Origin: Styela clava
Taxonomy: Eukaryota
Length of the DNA stretch: 64,000 bases
NCBI RefSeq assembly: GCF_964204865.1
Contig: NC_135262.1
Span: forward strand, 13,888,001-13,952,000
Direction of reading: 5' to 3'
Shown here: in pieces, positions 24,401-37,841 of the stretch
Layout: each line of letters starts with the position of its first letter
Position numbering within the stretch: the first letter of the stretch is position 1
Made by a program: the position numbers and the translations under genes
The notes under the pieces: generated by a model
Database searches by the model: none
Told to the model about the DNA's origin: nothing
The model's input: only the letters and a program-made list of their open reading frames with translations

Positions 24401-26391
24401 TGTCAATTAGATGTTGATTGGCCTGGCTCAGTCTAATGTTTAATGCGGTCATTTCTTCAGCTCGCGGCTGGAATATCTTAATTTCATATATTGTAGTTAT
24501 AAAACTTAAATTATTTAAAATTAGAATAAAAAACAAGGTATTTAATTAGTCTTATATTATGTGCTCAAGATGTTGACGAGTGTTCTTCGTCTGATATGCA
24601 CAACTGTGATACAAATGCAATTTGCACAAATATTCCTGGTCGATTTGTTTGTACTTGTAAGAGTGGATGGAGGGGGAACGGAATCTCTTGTAAAGGTAAA
24701 AAAAAATGGCATATATAATTAATATTTATATAAACATTATTGTTATACAACTTATAATATCAAGATTATGAAATATATTTTTACAAAATATGAGAACAAT
24801 TATTTTCAAATTTTGTCACACATTTTCATTTGCCACATTTTTTAATACTTATGAATACTACTAAAATATTCGGCACAAGTTACTTTTACTTGTTAAAATT
24901 TCAAAACCATATTACGAACAAAGAAATAAAAGGATTTGAAAAACATTCCATGTATTCAAACCAAACGATTTTTCTCAAATAACTACAAACAACTGATATT
25001 AATAATAATTTTATAAAACACGTAAAATTGCAGTTTTTCAAATATAACCATTTTAGTATGAGTGTACATCAAACGTTTTTTTTTCTTCTTTTCAGATGTG
25101 GATGAGTGTATTGAGATGAATGACTGCGATCCACTCAATGGAATATGCACCAATACAGATGGAGGATATTATTGCTCGTGCCCTACTGGGTGGAGTGGAA
25201 GTGGAAGTGAATGCATAGGTAGATGAATTTCAGAAATAAAATGCTCTTCATTGACATTGTATCGGTTGATTGAATAGGAGCTATAGCGATAAACTATAAC
25301 ACAATAGTACTGGATTATGTGTATGTATATAAGTAGACAAAAGAAAGCGATCAACTATTTTTTGTCTCTCAATGTCATCTCTGATTCATCTAACGCTGAC
25401 ATGGGCAAACTACGACTCGCAGGCCAAATTCGGCGAGCTTAGTAATTCAATCTGGCCTGGCTGATGCCGTCACAAACAAACCCAACCTCGAATTTTGATG
25501 TTTTAGATAAAAAATAGCACAAGTAATTTGTTGAGATTGCGATTAAATTTGGTTTTGGCACAAGGATTATTGTTTTTGCTTTTGTAAAACTGTAAATATT
25601 GTTCCTAAAATGAAACTTTTTGCATCACGATTACTCGACCCGCCAGTCTATTTGGGCAAAAAATTTTTGCCCCTGATCCAAAAACCGTATCACCCCTGAA
25701 TTTTAACGTTATGATAACAAAAACAAATTTATATTATAAACACAGAATATGCTCTTAGACAGTTTTTGTAATAATCCAATGAGAAAATGTAATAATCGGA
25801 AATAAAATAAAACACACAATTATCGTACATTATTCAAGTTTTTTTTATTGCAATTAAACCCATTTTTAAAATTGTAGGGACTAAAAAAAATAGGTTAGTC
25901 TGCATAACATAGAATATTTAAGAGTGTGATTTATCTATTCATTTCTCTCTATTCATCAGAGGGATTGACCCTACCGAAGTTGGCAGGTATAATAGCCGGA
26001 GTAATCGTGTTTTCACTCATCGTTGTACTGTTGATAAGTTGGAAGTTTTTGAAAGATAAGGAACTGATAATTTGCTGCATGCGCACGAGAGGAAACAGAG
26101 AACGAAATCAAGTATTTATATTTTATACTTATTCATTAAGATCAGATTGTATTCTCAGATCCCCTTTTTCTCGTCATTATCTTAAAATTCAGCTATAATA
26201 CTCATGAAAATATTTAATTTCACCCAGGGATTAGATGAGGATGGGACACCGCGTCCGAATGAAAGAGCTGGAAACGTATTTCATGGTAAAATGAACTTTA
26301 TCAATCAAATGTGAAATGCCTCTTTGTGCATATGTATATATTTATATTATTTTTTTGTTTTTCAGTGAACGGAAACATAAATTTGGCCTAG
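18427..26391 (+). CDS. Type I membrane scavenger-receptor-like protein, 713 aa: SP, propeptide (RKKR), EGF, 4xSRCR (group A), 2x calcium-binding EGF, TM, short tail
   Basis: Exons 18427-18526, 19170-19307, 19453-19578 (EGF), 21468-21806, 22064-22378, 23305-23619, 23855-24178 (SRCR: [16 protein letters not shown] ... EDASVVC), 24570-24695, 25096-25218 (DVDEC...CTN..G.F/Y.C.C), 25960-26111 ([22 protein letters not shown]), 26228-26285, 26366-26391. Total 2142 nt, open frame; all ectodomain introns phase 1. Confidence 0.92.
20869..20978. mobile_element. Palindromic GG-ended MITE (same family as 5398)
   Basis: ggacctcctgaagtatgcgcaccaagatg ... catcttggtgcgcatacttcaggagtacc; TSD ttctcatt / gtctcatt. 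Confidence 0.8.
25396..25698. mobile_element. Degenerate hAT-like MITE in an SRCR-gene intron
   Basis: 5' ctgacatgggcaaactacgactcgcaggccaaattcggc and 3' ...cacccctg resemble CAGGGGTGGGCAAACTACGGCCCGC-type ends; no clear TSD. Confidence 0.55.
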
Positions 26392-26964
26392 CAATTTAAT
26401 GATGGCCCGAAATTTTATGAAATTTCATGAAGTGATTCGAATATGACTTTGAGACATCACAATTTTTCGAGCAATGCCCTTCTTTGCACCACTGAGAGAT
26501 GCCAAAATAAACAATAAATCATTTGACCGAGGCGAATATGACAGCGGAAAACACATTTAACAACATTTCTTTTTTAGCTCTGTGATATATTTTGTATTTT
26601 ATGAACCTATGGCAATCCCAATTATAACAAAAAATTCTCGTATGGATTTTAGACGAAAATAAAATATTAGTAATCAACATTTTTGAAGCAAAATATATGA
26701 CATGCTTTACGTTGTATTATTTGCTGGCCTGTCCTTATAATAGAGAAACCATAATTATTAATATAATTTTAATTGCGGGCTTTAAAAAACTAGGGTATAA
26801 CCCATCATATTCAATATATATAAGAGTGCGCACATTCCGAGTTGAAATTTACTTCTTGTATTCTGTCATTTTATGTTTCTTTGCCAAAAAAGGTTCGTAA
26901 AATTCTTAAATCATAAATAATACACATTAGTTATGAATATAACAATCTCGTCGTTATTACAAAC

Positions 26965-28780
26965 TTATGGTTTCTCGGTTTCGCTTTTATCTGAAACTGT
27001 TGATACTTCTTTTATTTGTCCAGTTGCATAGTTATCGCTGATTGTCGTTCCGCTGGATATTTCCGGTTTATTCAGGTAAAATCTAACTCTTGCATAGCTT
27101 TTGCGAACCGGCCCTTGTTGTTGAGTGTTGAGGGCGGTCTGAGTTGTAAGTTTCTGCACAGAACCATATTCAATTTGTTTGTAATTAGCAAGTGTCAAAA
27201 AAACTACCAAAAAACTTATTAAAGCGCCTTAGTAATGTATCATCCGCAGGTCTATTCCATACATTATTACACTGAACTAAAATCGATCTAGTCATTATAA
27301 ATTGGACTAATCGTGTGTATTCAAAATCGGATAAATACTACTTTTTTAAAATTAATTTTCTCGCTGAAAAAAACTGTAGCTCAACTTGCGCTAAGCAAGT
27401 AAAAACGTCGTGTAAAACAAATATTACGATTTAGTAAAAATAATGAATTTTGAAACTCACAGTACAAATACATATGCTGAAAACGCATACCAATGTCAAT
27501 AGGACAACTGAAAAAGAAGAAAAGAATAGGAGATTTATAGAGTGAACAATATTTTCTAGCGGATTCCAGGAGTTGAGACGCTTTTGTCAATCACCTAACG
27601 ATACAAAAATTCTTCTAAAACACAAGGAGCATGCAAGTGGAGCGCCATCTTGTGGCGTTTGCGTTTGTTAATAAGCATTACAAAAATAAAATGTTTGCAG
27701 TTGTCACGATAAAAAAATCAGCCTAATATCATCAAAGTGAAACAGATATGACATCACTTCCAATTAACTATCATTGTATTTATTTCAAAATAGAATTCAC
27801 GACTGGGACTGGGCTAAAACAACGCTGCCACCATACATTTTAATAAAACTTACTTATTACTAATCCTACGACGACTATTGCAATCCAATTTGGATTAGCA
27901 CATGTGCATTCACACTTACAAATGCAGGTAAAATTTTTGTCGTCTTTAGAATTTTCCTCAATCTATTTAAAATAATATGTGTGAAAAGTAAGAAAATCCA
28001 AACGATTGAATATTCAAAATCGCATGCAATTATTTATTTTATTGACTCAACTTTAGAAAAGCGTAGAAATTTGTTTTGTAAGTTCAAACATTACAGAGAA
28101 ATAGCTCCCATATGTCAAAATGCAACAAAAAATGTCACATTAAAGTTTAATAAAAGTATGCCTGAAATATAAAATATTATATAATATAAATGATTAACTG
28201 GATTCGTGACTTAATCTGTTTTTAAAGTTAATAATTTGAAGGTTTTGTCGGGAACCTTGTTCGAGATTAACTCAAATGCAACTTGAAAAGCAAGGTCGCC
28301 GAATGACTCCGATTACAGATATCTGTGTAAAATGAAAATTCAGGTTCACGGGGTTTTAGAAATTTATGTCTTTGAAAATTAATCAAAATATTTATTATCA
28401 AATAACGTCATTTGGTGATTCACGACTCTTAAAATTTTGTCACGGGCATTTTAGAGCCTCTTTTCAATTATATTAGTTCATTTAAAAAAAGTTCTTTTGA
28501 TCAAATTATTTTCTCATAAAAACCAACAAAAATCGTTGATAATTAAAATTAGAGACTTTTTCTATTTTTGCTAAACTATACAAATGGAAGTGAATGAGCC
28601 AACTGTGGACATGGGCAATCAGCTTATAGTGATTTGAGTACCTCTGCTTTAAGGAAATTTTATGGGAATTCGTTACATTGCTTTCAATAAAATAAAATTC
28701 CGTATGATCAGAAAACAGTATCTTACCTCTTGACACCATGCTATACTTGCTACGAATAACACGATTACTAATTTCCGCAT
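26965..28780 (-). CDS. Small single-pass membrane protein (micro-receptor M1, ~122 aa)
   Basis: Exons 28780-28727 (signal MRKLVIVLFVASIAWCQE), 27962-27854 (IEENSKDDKNFTCICKCECTCANPNWIAIVVVGLVI), 17-nt 27507-27491 (IVLLTL), 27153-26965 (KLTTQ...SYARVRFYLNK...SETEKP*). An alternative phase-1 acceptor near 27203 also keeps frame. Confidence 0.75.
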
Positions 28781-31700
28781 TTTATCTAACCACAATAAAG
28801 CAATACTAATCTGATATTGACCTTTGATCTCAGTCACTGCCTCGTTATAGAATCTTTAGCAGGAATAGATGAACTACAAATGCTTTGAATGCACTTTTCA
28901 AGAAATCAAATATTTTGGTTTTAGTTTTTAAACTGCATTACTACTGATGAACTATTTTCAAATCTATTTTTATAGTAAATAAAAAGATTGAAAACCGCAT
29001 AACCAGTGACAATGCAATGTTCGTTTTCAATTTTTCAAATGCAACTTTCTACAGAAATTACCAGTTACCTTATACCGACTGAATTAAATATACGAAACAA
29101 TATGTTTATATGCAGCAATGACTGGCTGTTGCATTGTTCGCATGACGCTTGTCACGTTCACAGATGTAACGATTAATGAACAAAATTTCGACTGAGACTC
29201 GAGATTTAATTATTTGTCTTTTGAACGGCACATATTTTAAAACGATAAATTAATGAGAAAATTGTGTCGGTAAATTCTACGAGAGGTATGACAATTTTCT
29301 CAAATTTGGGAAAATTTCCGGACAATTTGATGTTGCCAAATAAGACTGTTGGAAACATTTTGTACACTATAAAGTTAAAATCTAAATATAATATGAAATT
29401 ATGAATGTACACAGGTTTAAGCGTGACATAAAGTTTGTTTGTAGCACAACGCGTGGTGGACGCTGGTTGGACACGTTAGTGGACATAGCGATCGTTTTGT
29501 TATAATGTTGTTGTGGTTCTTGTTCTTCTTTGTCACAGAAAAAATCGCTTTTTTCTCTGATCACCGGAACAATAGCTTTGGAATTTTCAGTGCTCAAAGA
29601 TTAAATTATTCTCTAAAATGCTATTACTTTTATTTATTTTAAATATTCCGGTGAGCTGTATGGAATTCGATTTTTGTGTTCTACCACGTCATTAACATTT
29701 GCCACTATGTAGCGCTACGTGTCCATATATTTGAGCATAGCTCTCTTGTTTTTATTTATATCATCAGGTATACCATATCATTTTATATTATATCGTTCAT
29801 GAGAAAATATGACAAACTAAATCAATTACTTGCAAATATTTTATTCTAAATACGAGTTGTATCCATTTTATTGCTTATAGTTATTGGGATAATATATTTA
29901 ATGCCCGTTGATACCGTTGTTTAACCTGGGTTCGATCGAACCCCTGGGGATCGGTGGAGCTGTTGCATGTGTTTTAAGAAGGTCTTCTGGAATAGTTTTT
30001 CTCACAATTATGAAAATATCCAAACTTGCGTTGCGTTGTCTCGCACAGATATAATCCTATTGGAACTGTCAATGACGGTTATACTTTAGAAAGTTCACTA
30101 CTTCGAAAACTCGATTTATCGTCACAGATGGAGCGAGTGTACTTCTGTATGATAGCGTTTTTAGATGTTTTCTGCTTATAGCTTCACAATATCTTAGGTT
30201 GTTAGTTACAAACCTCGGGGGTTTAAGCCCAATATTTGCGTGATCGACACCTCATTCAAAATATACTATTAAAAACTACATGTTGCAGACAAGTTGAAAG
30301 TCGAAATTAAGATAGCATGAATGAAAGTGAAATCAGATAAGTTTGAAGATTACTGACTGATAAAAGTTGCGGCAAAGGGTATTATAGCAGTTCAATATAG
30401 CAGCTCTTGTTGCAATTTATGTTGTTATAACCAGTCGAGAATCCATAGGGTTGATGGTTGATCCCTCTTTGATAATGCATGCCATTTGAATTCAAACCTA
30501 AAAGCCTAACCTGTGCACAAAAATAACGCAAAAAATTCATAGTCTATCAATTGAAGACGGTTGAATTTTGTATAACCTGCTGCACAAAAGTAGCTTCCCC
30601 TTTTTTTAAGTGCAAATGCTCCTGGTTTTCAACTGTTCGAAACGTTGGATTTCGGCGGAAGCTTGCAGAACAACTTATGAATTCAGCAGGTTCACAAAGG
30701 TTAAGAACGACTACTACCTTATACCCAAGAGAATATACTATTGCTTACTGCGTTATATCGCTATTCGATTCAAAGAATTTGGTTTTGGATGTGGCGGCAT
30801 AAACTGTTCTAAATCAGTATGATCGTCCCTCGACTGACAGCGTTTACAATTCTAGCGGTTGAGTGCACGCTTGGTTTGAAACCAGAGAATAACTTGACTG
30901 ATTTCAATAAAAACGTAATGACCACTCGTATAGTCACATGTGAACAAAGTAGCATTACATTCAACCGAACCATCAAGCCAAAGTACTAACAGTGTATTGC
31001 AGATATACTTTGGGAAACGTCTTGAAATTAAACCATTTTTTTACTAAATACCTCCCAAAATCTGCCTGTTGGTATATTCAGACGGTGGTATGAAACATTC
31101 ACTAAAGCAATGTCTTACTCCAAGGTTTTTGAAATAGGTTTATGGTTTCCACAAACTTTTCAAATCAATTGATTGTCGAATAAATAACCTTCCGTACATA
31201 TGCCGTCAGGCGAAGCGTCTGATACCTGCGACCAGAATCATCAACTTTGAATGTACAATTGATTGTTCATAGCGTTTGCTTGAATTTTCCACACTCAGAA
31301 AATTTGTATATCACATCCTATTTTACAGTATTGATTTGCTTGAACTATTTTTTGTATAGTTGTTTATCTTTTATCATTGTCTATCATGGTAACTTCGCGA
31401 GCATGAGTGTAAATGCAGGAAGTTGAAGAAATTTTGTATTCGACACATCAACTGGGGCAATAATAAGATTATTATGCCAAACAAGAGACAAATCATACAC
31501 GAACGGAAGAATTCTAACTAATAAGAATTTAAAACAATTAAAAGGTCAATGAGATGAAAAATCATTCTGATCGTTGCTCCTGAAAGAATTTTCTGCTTTT
31601 GTGTACTATTTATATTTTAGTTGTGCTCTGATATAATTGTTCCATAATATTAATTGGAGGGTATTTATTATGATTTACTCAATTACCTAATTGCAATAGT

Positions 31701-32745
31701 AAATAAAAACATAAAAAAGGCAATAAAAATAATTTGACGAATGATTAAAGAGTTCCTGTCGTTTAAAAAACAGAATATTATATATAGCACCAAAATACTT
31801 TTCAGCGGTGTTTTACGAAATCATATTCAGAAAAGAATTTTTAGATTGATGAGTCCACACACAATATCAAAGCCGTATTCGGTCTAGACCGGAGATACAT
31901 TCTACTTGAAAATAAAAGCAAGGCCAAATAATTGAACATCATTCATTTAAATGAATAAATGAATTTATAAATTTAGCACAAAATATAAGTAATATTTTAT
32001 TCAAATTAGCGGATGAATTTTCTGTAAATAATAAAAAAATTAATTATAAACTATAAAATTATACGGGTCATGTCAAACTTGCTTTAAAAATAATTATGAA
32101 CAATTGTTGGTAATTTACATGTCAGTAAATCGTATGCCAATAAGTGTCATGGGTGTCGTGAAAATCCTAGAGTGTTTTGCAACATGTATTAATTAGAAAA
32201 ATTATTTGCAATTTTCATAAATAGTATATTTGCATAATTTTGATAGCTTGCATAAAAAGGTTGTGACAAACAGGTAAAGATGTATTATCGCGAAACCTAT
32301 TTCGAGTGTCAGACATCGTTTGCTAAAATCGCCCAGGGCGAGGCAGCATCCGCAGACTTCCTCTGAAAAATAATTTATAAATCACATGAATGTTGAATAC
32401 TTGATGTAAATAAAGGTCGATTGGGTTTCCGTTTTGGTCACATCCTTACATTGAGGAAGGTCTGTGGTTTCAAGTCTGTGGTTACTTTTGAAGCGTTTAG
32501 TATGTGAACCGAATCTCATTTTACACCCGCGACATCAAATTTCAAGAATTGAAACATTTTGTAAATATCATTTGTCGGCTTGGTCAAATTAAAAGGTTTG
32601 AGGTGCAAAGAATATTGTAGGAAGTAATGGGATATATAAAACTGATCAAAATTCAATCAAAAATGTGTATTGAATGCTAACGAAACTTTTTGTTTATTAG
32701 ATACACAATTAGGAAAATTATTTTCAAAATTACTAATATATTTAC

Positions 32746-33335
32746 CGATAGACATTTTATGACAACAGCCGCAAGTAGAATACCTGAAAAATAAAAAAAT
32801 GAACATTAGAAGTTTGACACGTTGAGCTTGCTATCCGTATATTGGTCGTGATATGGTAAATTGTTAAAATTTGCTACAAACTTGATGAAAATTTTATTTA
32901 ATTGAAAAAAAAAAAGATTTTATTCTGAGAATTTGACTTCAGCAAATTCATATAGGCATTGTGTTTAAATATTTATGCATTAATTGGGATTAGTTTTAAA
33001 AATTTGTAGCAGCCAAACAGTCGGTGTATTATGCTGAGTTTTCAAAATTACGACCACGACTGATTATTGACCAGCTAAATTCATGCATTTAGTCGGTAAC
33101 ATCAACAATTTGAAGTTGTCCTATCGGTTTACCACTTTCCCATTATATGTTAAGTATATTTCATGTTTCATTTTTTGACAATTTCTAGTACTATATACTT
33201 ACATAATATTACGACTATTATAACAGCTTGCCATGGTACTACAATTATTGAGTCATTTCCTTTGCAATCACATTCATTATCACAGTTACATTTAGGCGTT
33301 TGGTTGGCTGTACTCGTCATAGCAGGAGTTGTAAT
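32746..33335 (-). CDS. Small single-pass membrane protein (M2), core exons only; ends unresolved
   Basis: Exon 33335-33203 (ITTPAMTSTANQTPKCNCDNECDCKGNDSIIVVPWQAVIIVVIL, phase-1 donor) and exon 32783-32746 (CILLAAVVIKCLS, phase-0 donor). Candidate upstream exons 34100-34046 and 33861-33832; candidate downstream acceptor near 32362. Confidence 0.7.
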
Positions 33336-33579
33336 CTTGATGTAAAAACAAGAGAGATCAAAAATATTTACCTTTACTGAAGATTGAATGAAACAACTAC
33401 AAAATAAATTAAAAATAGAATATAGTAAAGATCAAAATAGTTGTTCCATATATATCTCAATACCATGTTAGGGTACAAACGCACAGAAAAAGGATGGATT
33501 TCAATAAGAAATCGATAAAGATTAACAAACTTATCGGTAGCATGGGGCCTCCTAAAATAAAGTCATACGACCATTTGTT

Positions 33580-33693
33580 GGCGCTTCGTAGGTTTTCTTA
33601 CCCAAGATGACGTACAACCTGAACAACCCTAACCTGGTACCCATACTATGTTCAGGTTGTGCGCCATCTTGATACGAATACTTCGAGAGCACC
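33580..33693. mobile_element. Palindromic GG-ended MITE
   Basis: Perfect 8-bp TSD catttgtt (33572-33579 / 33694-33701); same core as 5398 and 20869. Confidence 0.8.
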
Positions 33694-36600
33694 CATTTGT
33701 TGAAAATTATAGTGTGACATAAAGTATTTCAAACTATACGGCTCGTGGCAAGGAAATGATAAAATGCAACATATATTGCAATAGTAAGCGGTAGACTTTT
33801 GCTTAAAATGTAAAAAAAGTACGAAAATTACCTATGATTACTGAAATTATAATTGGATCAGCTATCAATGAAATAGTCTGAGGATTTATACTTGTTAAAT
33901 TGGACATTATCAATTACAATTAAAATATTTGTTTGTGATGAATATTGCAAATTCTACCATTACGATTCTACATAGAATAATATTAATTAATAATGTAGTT
34001 CTATAATAGCATGTATTTGAACAGGAAGAAATCTTGCCCACTTACCGCCAATACAAAGCCATTCATCTGAAACAACATCAAGCAACGAATGAAAATCCAT
34101 ATTCTGTTTGCTACCTGAGCCATTTCCTTTTCGAAAGCATTTAAAATGTAATTAGTATATAGTATTTTACAGTGGAATTGAAACCACTATACAGTAAACA
34201 AAATAAATAGGAAATCATTAAACTGACGTCACTTCATTAACGTTTGAGGAAATAATTCTGCATTGGGAACATCTATCGTTGAAGAAGTCGTGTTTAAATG
34301 AATTCTATTGACTTGACTCATGTCACTTCACTCATGCTAATTGTTAAGATTACTCTCATGTAGTAAATTTGGTAGTCCATAGCGAACCTAAAAGATTCCG
34401 GTCCTCGTTGCTTGTTCAGCGACATATTTGTAGTGAAAGCGAGAAAGCGACGTATAAAATATTTTCCTCAAAAATTGACATCCACTTATGATAAAGACGA
34501 AAAAGCACAGTTAACAAAATGCAAGTCATTCATTGTCCATTGCGGTAATTGGCCGTGAAGTACGAGAAGTTATATTGGATCGCATGCTTTATGTTACATT
34601 GCTTGACTCTCGACACAGCTATTGCATTTTTGGAATATATCAACTCTTAAACTAAATTCCATCCAACTTTGGTAACTTTCTACGTGCTAACGATCGAATT
34701 TAAAAGAAAAAAACGATACAGACTTTTGATGATCTGATTAAATACTAACTACTTCAACCTTGTCACATTTGAATCAACATCTTGAAATTTTGATAAAAAA
34801 TTTTAACAAAAAAAAAAACGCACCTAAGCGTTTGCTTTGAAGGGAAATTCCACCGTGTTGTAATAGTTTATCTGGAGGGCATGAGAATAAACTCTCGGCG
34901 TGACGGCGGTTCACATTTTTGCGAGATTGGGCAAGCGATACTGAATTACGTAAGACTGGAATTCAAAACTTCGTAGATAATCGTTTAATCTTGGCCGTCG
35001 ATAGTCTGAACGCAAATTGCACGTCTATAACACGTCTGACATTTAGCAATGAATGAAGAATTTTTGAATAGCGCACGCTATGACTACAACAATCAATATT
35101 GCGCTTATATTCAATACGCGACATTATTCATATAAATCTAAATAATATTAAATACTATCTTGTCCTATTGATTTGATACGACTCGCATCACCAATTTACA
35201 TACCTCTTGCTGTGTTTCGTTTTTTTCTACTTCTGTAAGTCTGAAGCTGGTTTTTAAAATGCTACAACTGTTATTTGCAAATGTATCAACTGTTGAACAA
35301 ATGTAAAGATGTCTTTGAATAATCACTCGACCACGATGGCTTAGTCGCGCGTATCGAGATTTTTATCAATGGAAATATTAAGACATGTAGCATGTCCGGA
35401 GTTAGTTGACGCAAAATTGTTCATGAAGCCTTTAGCATCTTGGCATATATATATTTGGCATGAGCATGTGAAGGCCAAGAAATACCTCAACCACGTTTAA
35501 AAAGGATGTAAACTCAAATTAGGTAAAGATAATAACCGACCACTGCAATATTGAATAATTATAAAAAAACATCTGTAAAATTGCGGCGTTGTACTATCCA
35601 GCGCATATATTGTCGTGGTACTTAAAGTATATGGACCCCTAATAGTCAAAAAATACTCAGCATGATTTGCTAATAAACTCATATACTTGATAAAAGATTA
35701 ACTGGACTTCATTCCCTTCAGTAAATATTGAAGAAAATTTATTTTTACCAGAGTTCGTTTTGAATAACTAATCGCCAAAAGGTAACAAATCAATAAACCC
35801 GAGCGCACTTTAACAGAGCTAAATCGAAAGTATTTTATCATATTGAAAAGTTCATCAAATTGCGTTCTGGTATTTGAACAAGTTAATATTTCAAATACTA
35901 GAAGTAGACAAATAATATATATACGAAGCTCACCGATCCAGTCTCAATATAACATTGAAAGTAACTCACAAAAGAATTGTGTTTACTTACTTACTCTCAG
36001 CTTGAGCTGCTCGTCAAACGGATTAGGTTTAAGCGAAATTTTCTTGAATAAATTAGCAGATGGATAATTCAGCTTTTAGATCGCAGTATTGCGAGAATTA
36101 ATTTTGAATAATAAGTCACAATAAAACATTCATCATTCTTAAAATAGGTTTCGTTGTAAGAATTCACACTATGAAAACTATGGCATAAACGTTAAGTCAA
36201 GCGATTTAAAATTTGAATAGATCAAACTTGCCATTAACGTCCAAGTTTACAATTACCCCTTTAATTAACCCAATCGATATCTTGGAATTTCCCCCTCAAC
36301 TGTCATATTTTGAGCAAAAGCGGTTGCCACTGCGAATTTTTCATACTGAAACACATGAAACACTGAGGATTGAGAAAGTGAAATTCTCCCATGATGTAAT
36401 TTCTGTACACGAAAACACACATAACGTCATTCGCACGTTCAATTCAAGTTCAAACTATTTTTACATGATAGTGAATCTTAAGTACAGTTTCTTGTGAACA
36501 GTGCTCATGAGTTTTGAAATAACATATTTTGTGATAACAGGTATGTGCTACTAAACGTCAAAACCTAAGCGGAAATATTCTTAAGCGTCAAATGTAAGAC

Positions 36601-37841
36601 GCAAAAATGCGAGTTACCGTGGCAAAATTCATTCAAAACTTAGACTTTGGGTAAAAAAGTTTCCGTAATTAAATAATAATTTTTTTCAAATTTTATGTTA
36701 AATCGATCTGTCATGATAACAAGATGACATTTTGAAACAAAAGCTGCTAAAGTTGCAAAAGTAAGAAAATCCATTTTAAGCTTTTTTTTCATTTTTGAGA
36801 AATGAACAAAGTCAGTAAATGTATCGTTATTTATTTTATTAAATAAATCGTATATTCCATAAAAGTACAGGTAAATGTTGTTAGGTAATATGTCAATACA
36901 AATTTACTATAACATTTAATCTTCCTCGTATTCATAGAAGTTTTCTGCAATACTATTGTTTTGTAAACAGTATTTCCGGCAACAGAGAAATTTTTACAGC
37001 TATCAATGGCACATATTTGATTTGCATCTTACAAAGATATGAGAAATTACCTGTTAGATATTTAAAAGAAATCAACCAGAAGCTATTAAAGATTAAGGAA
37101 ACAAAAACGAACGGTTTAAATTATTATCAACCATCGATTTATTTCAGATTGTATATATCGTATTTTAATCAAGACGTATAGGCTACTAAAGAGATGTATA
37201 TGCTACTAAAAGAATATGTATATCCAAAACAATTGATGCGCTAGACTAGACAGAAATAAATGCAATTTGGGCATCTTACACTTTCTTGATTAGATCAGTC
37301 AGTAGTGCAGATGGTTATCATATATTTTTTTAATATTTGAATAAGTTGAACTCAACCAAATGACGCACCCAACGTTTTGTTACGTAATCGAAACCTAATT
37401 ACACGCAACCAATTGTTTTTGAATTTGGACCAAGATTCCAAAACATTTTGCCGTATACTTTAGTTTAATTTCTGGGATTTGAATATAATATTTTTCTTTA
37501 TAGTGTGTCTAAACTTTAAATCATGTGTGGAAATCGAAGCAAGTAATAATATATTTTGATATCAAATTCTTTCATATGTTCTTTCAAATTCTTTCAAGTG
37601 CTTCAAAAGTGTTGAAACTTTCAAAATAGAAGGAAATAACAAATCAGGTTGAAACCTTAACAATAACTGAAACTATTGGAAACAAAATGTTTCATAAAAC
37701 TAACAAAGCAAATTATAGATTTACGGAATTCTCGAATATCTTGGACAAACCCATCCACCTTTCACAATCGCCCCCCCAACTTTATATTAAAAGAGAACGA
37801 TCGTTTGTTCCACGCATATATATGCTAATATAGGTGACATT

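Noticed and set aside
22169-25354. Short alternative-frame and antisense ORFs over the SRCR/EGF exons
   Set aside because: Shadows of the real plus-strand exons.
18427-26391. Assigning a symbol such as DMBT1, CD163 or neurotrypsin
   Set aside because: Architecture differs (no CUB, ZP or protease domain; has EGFs and a TM); SRCR similarity does not establish orthology.
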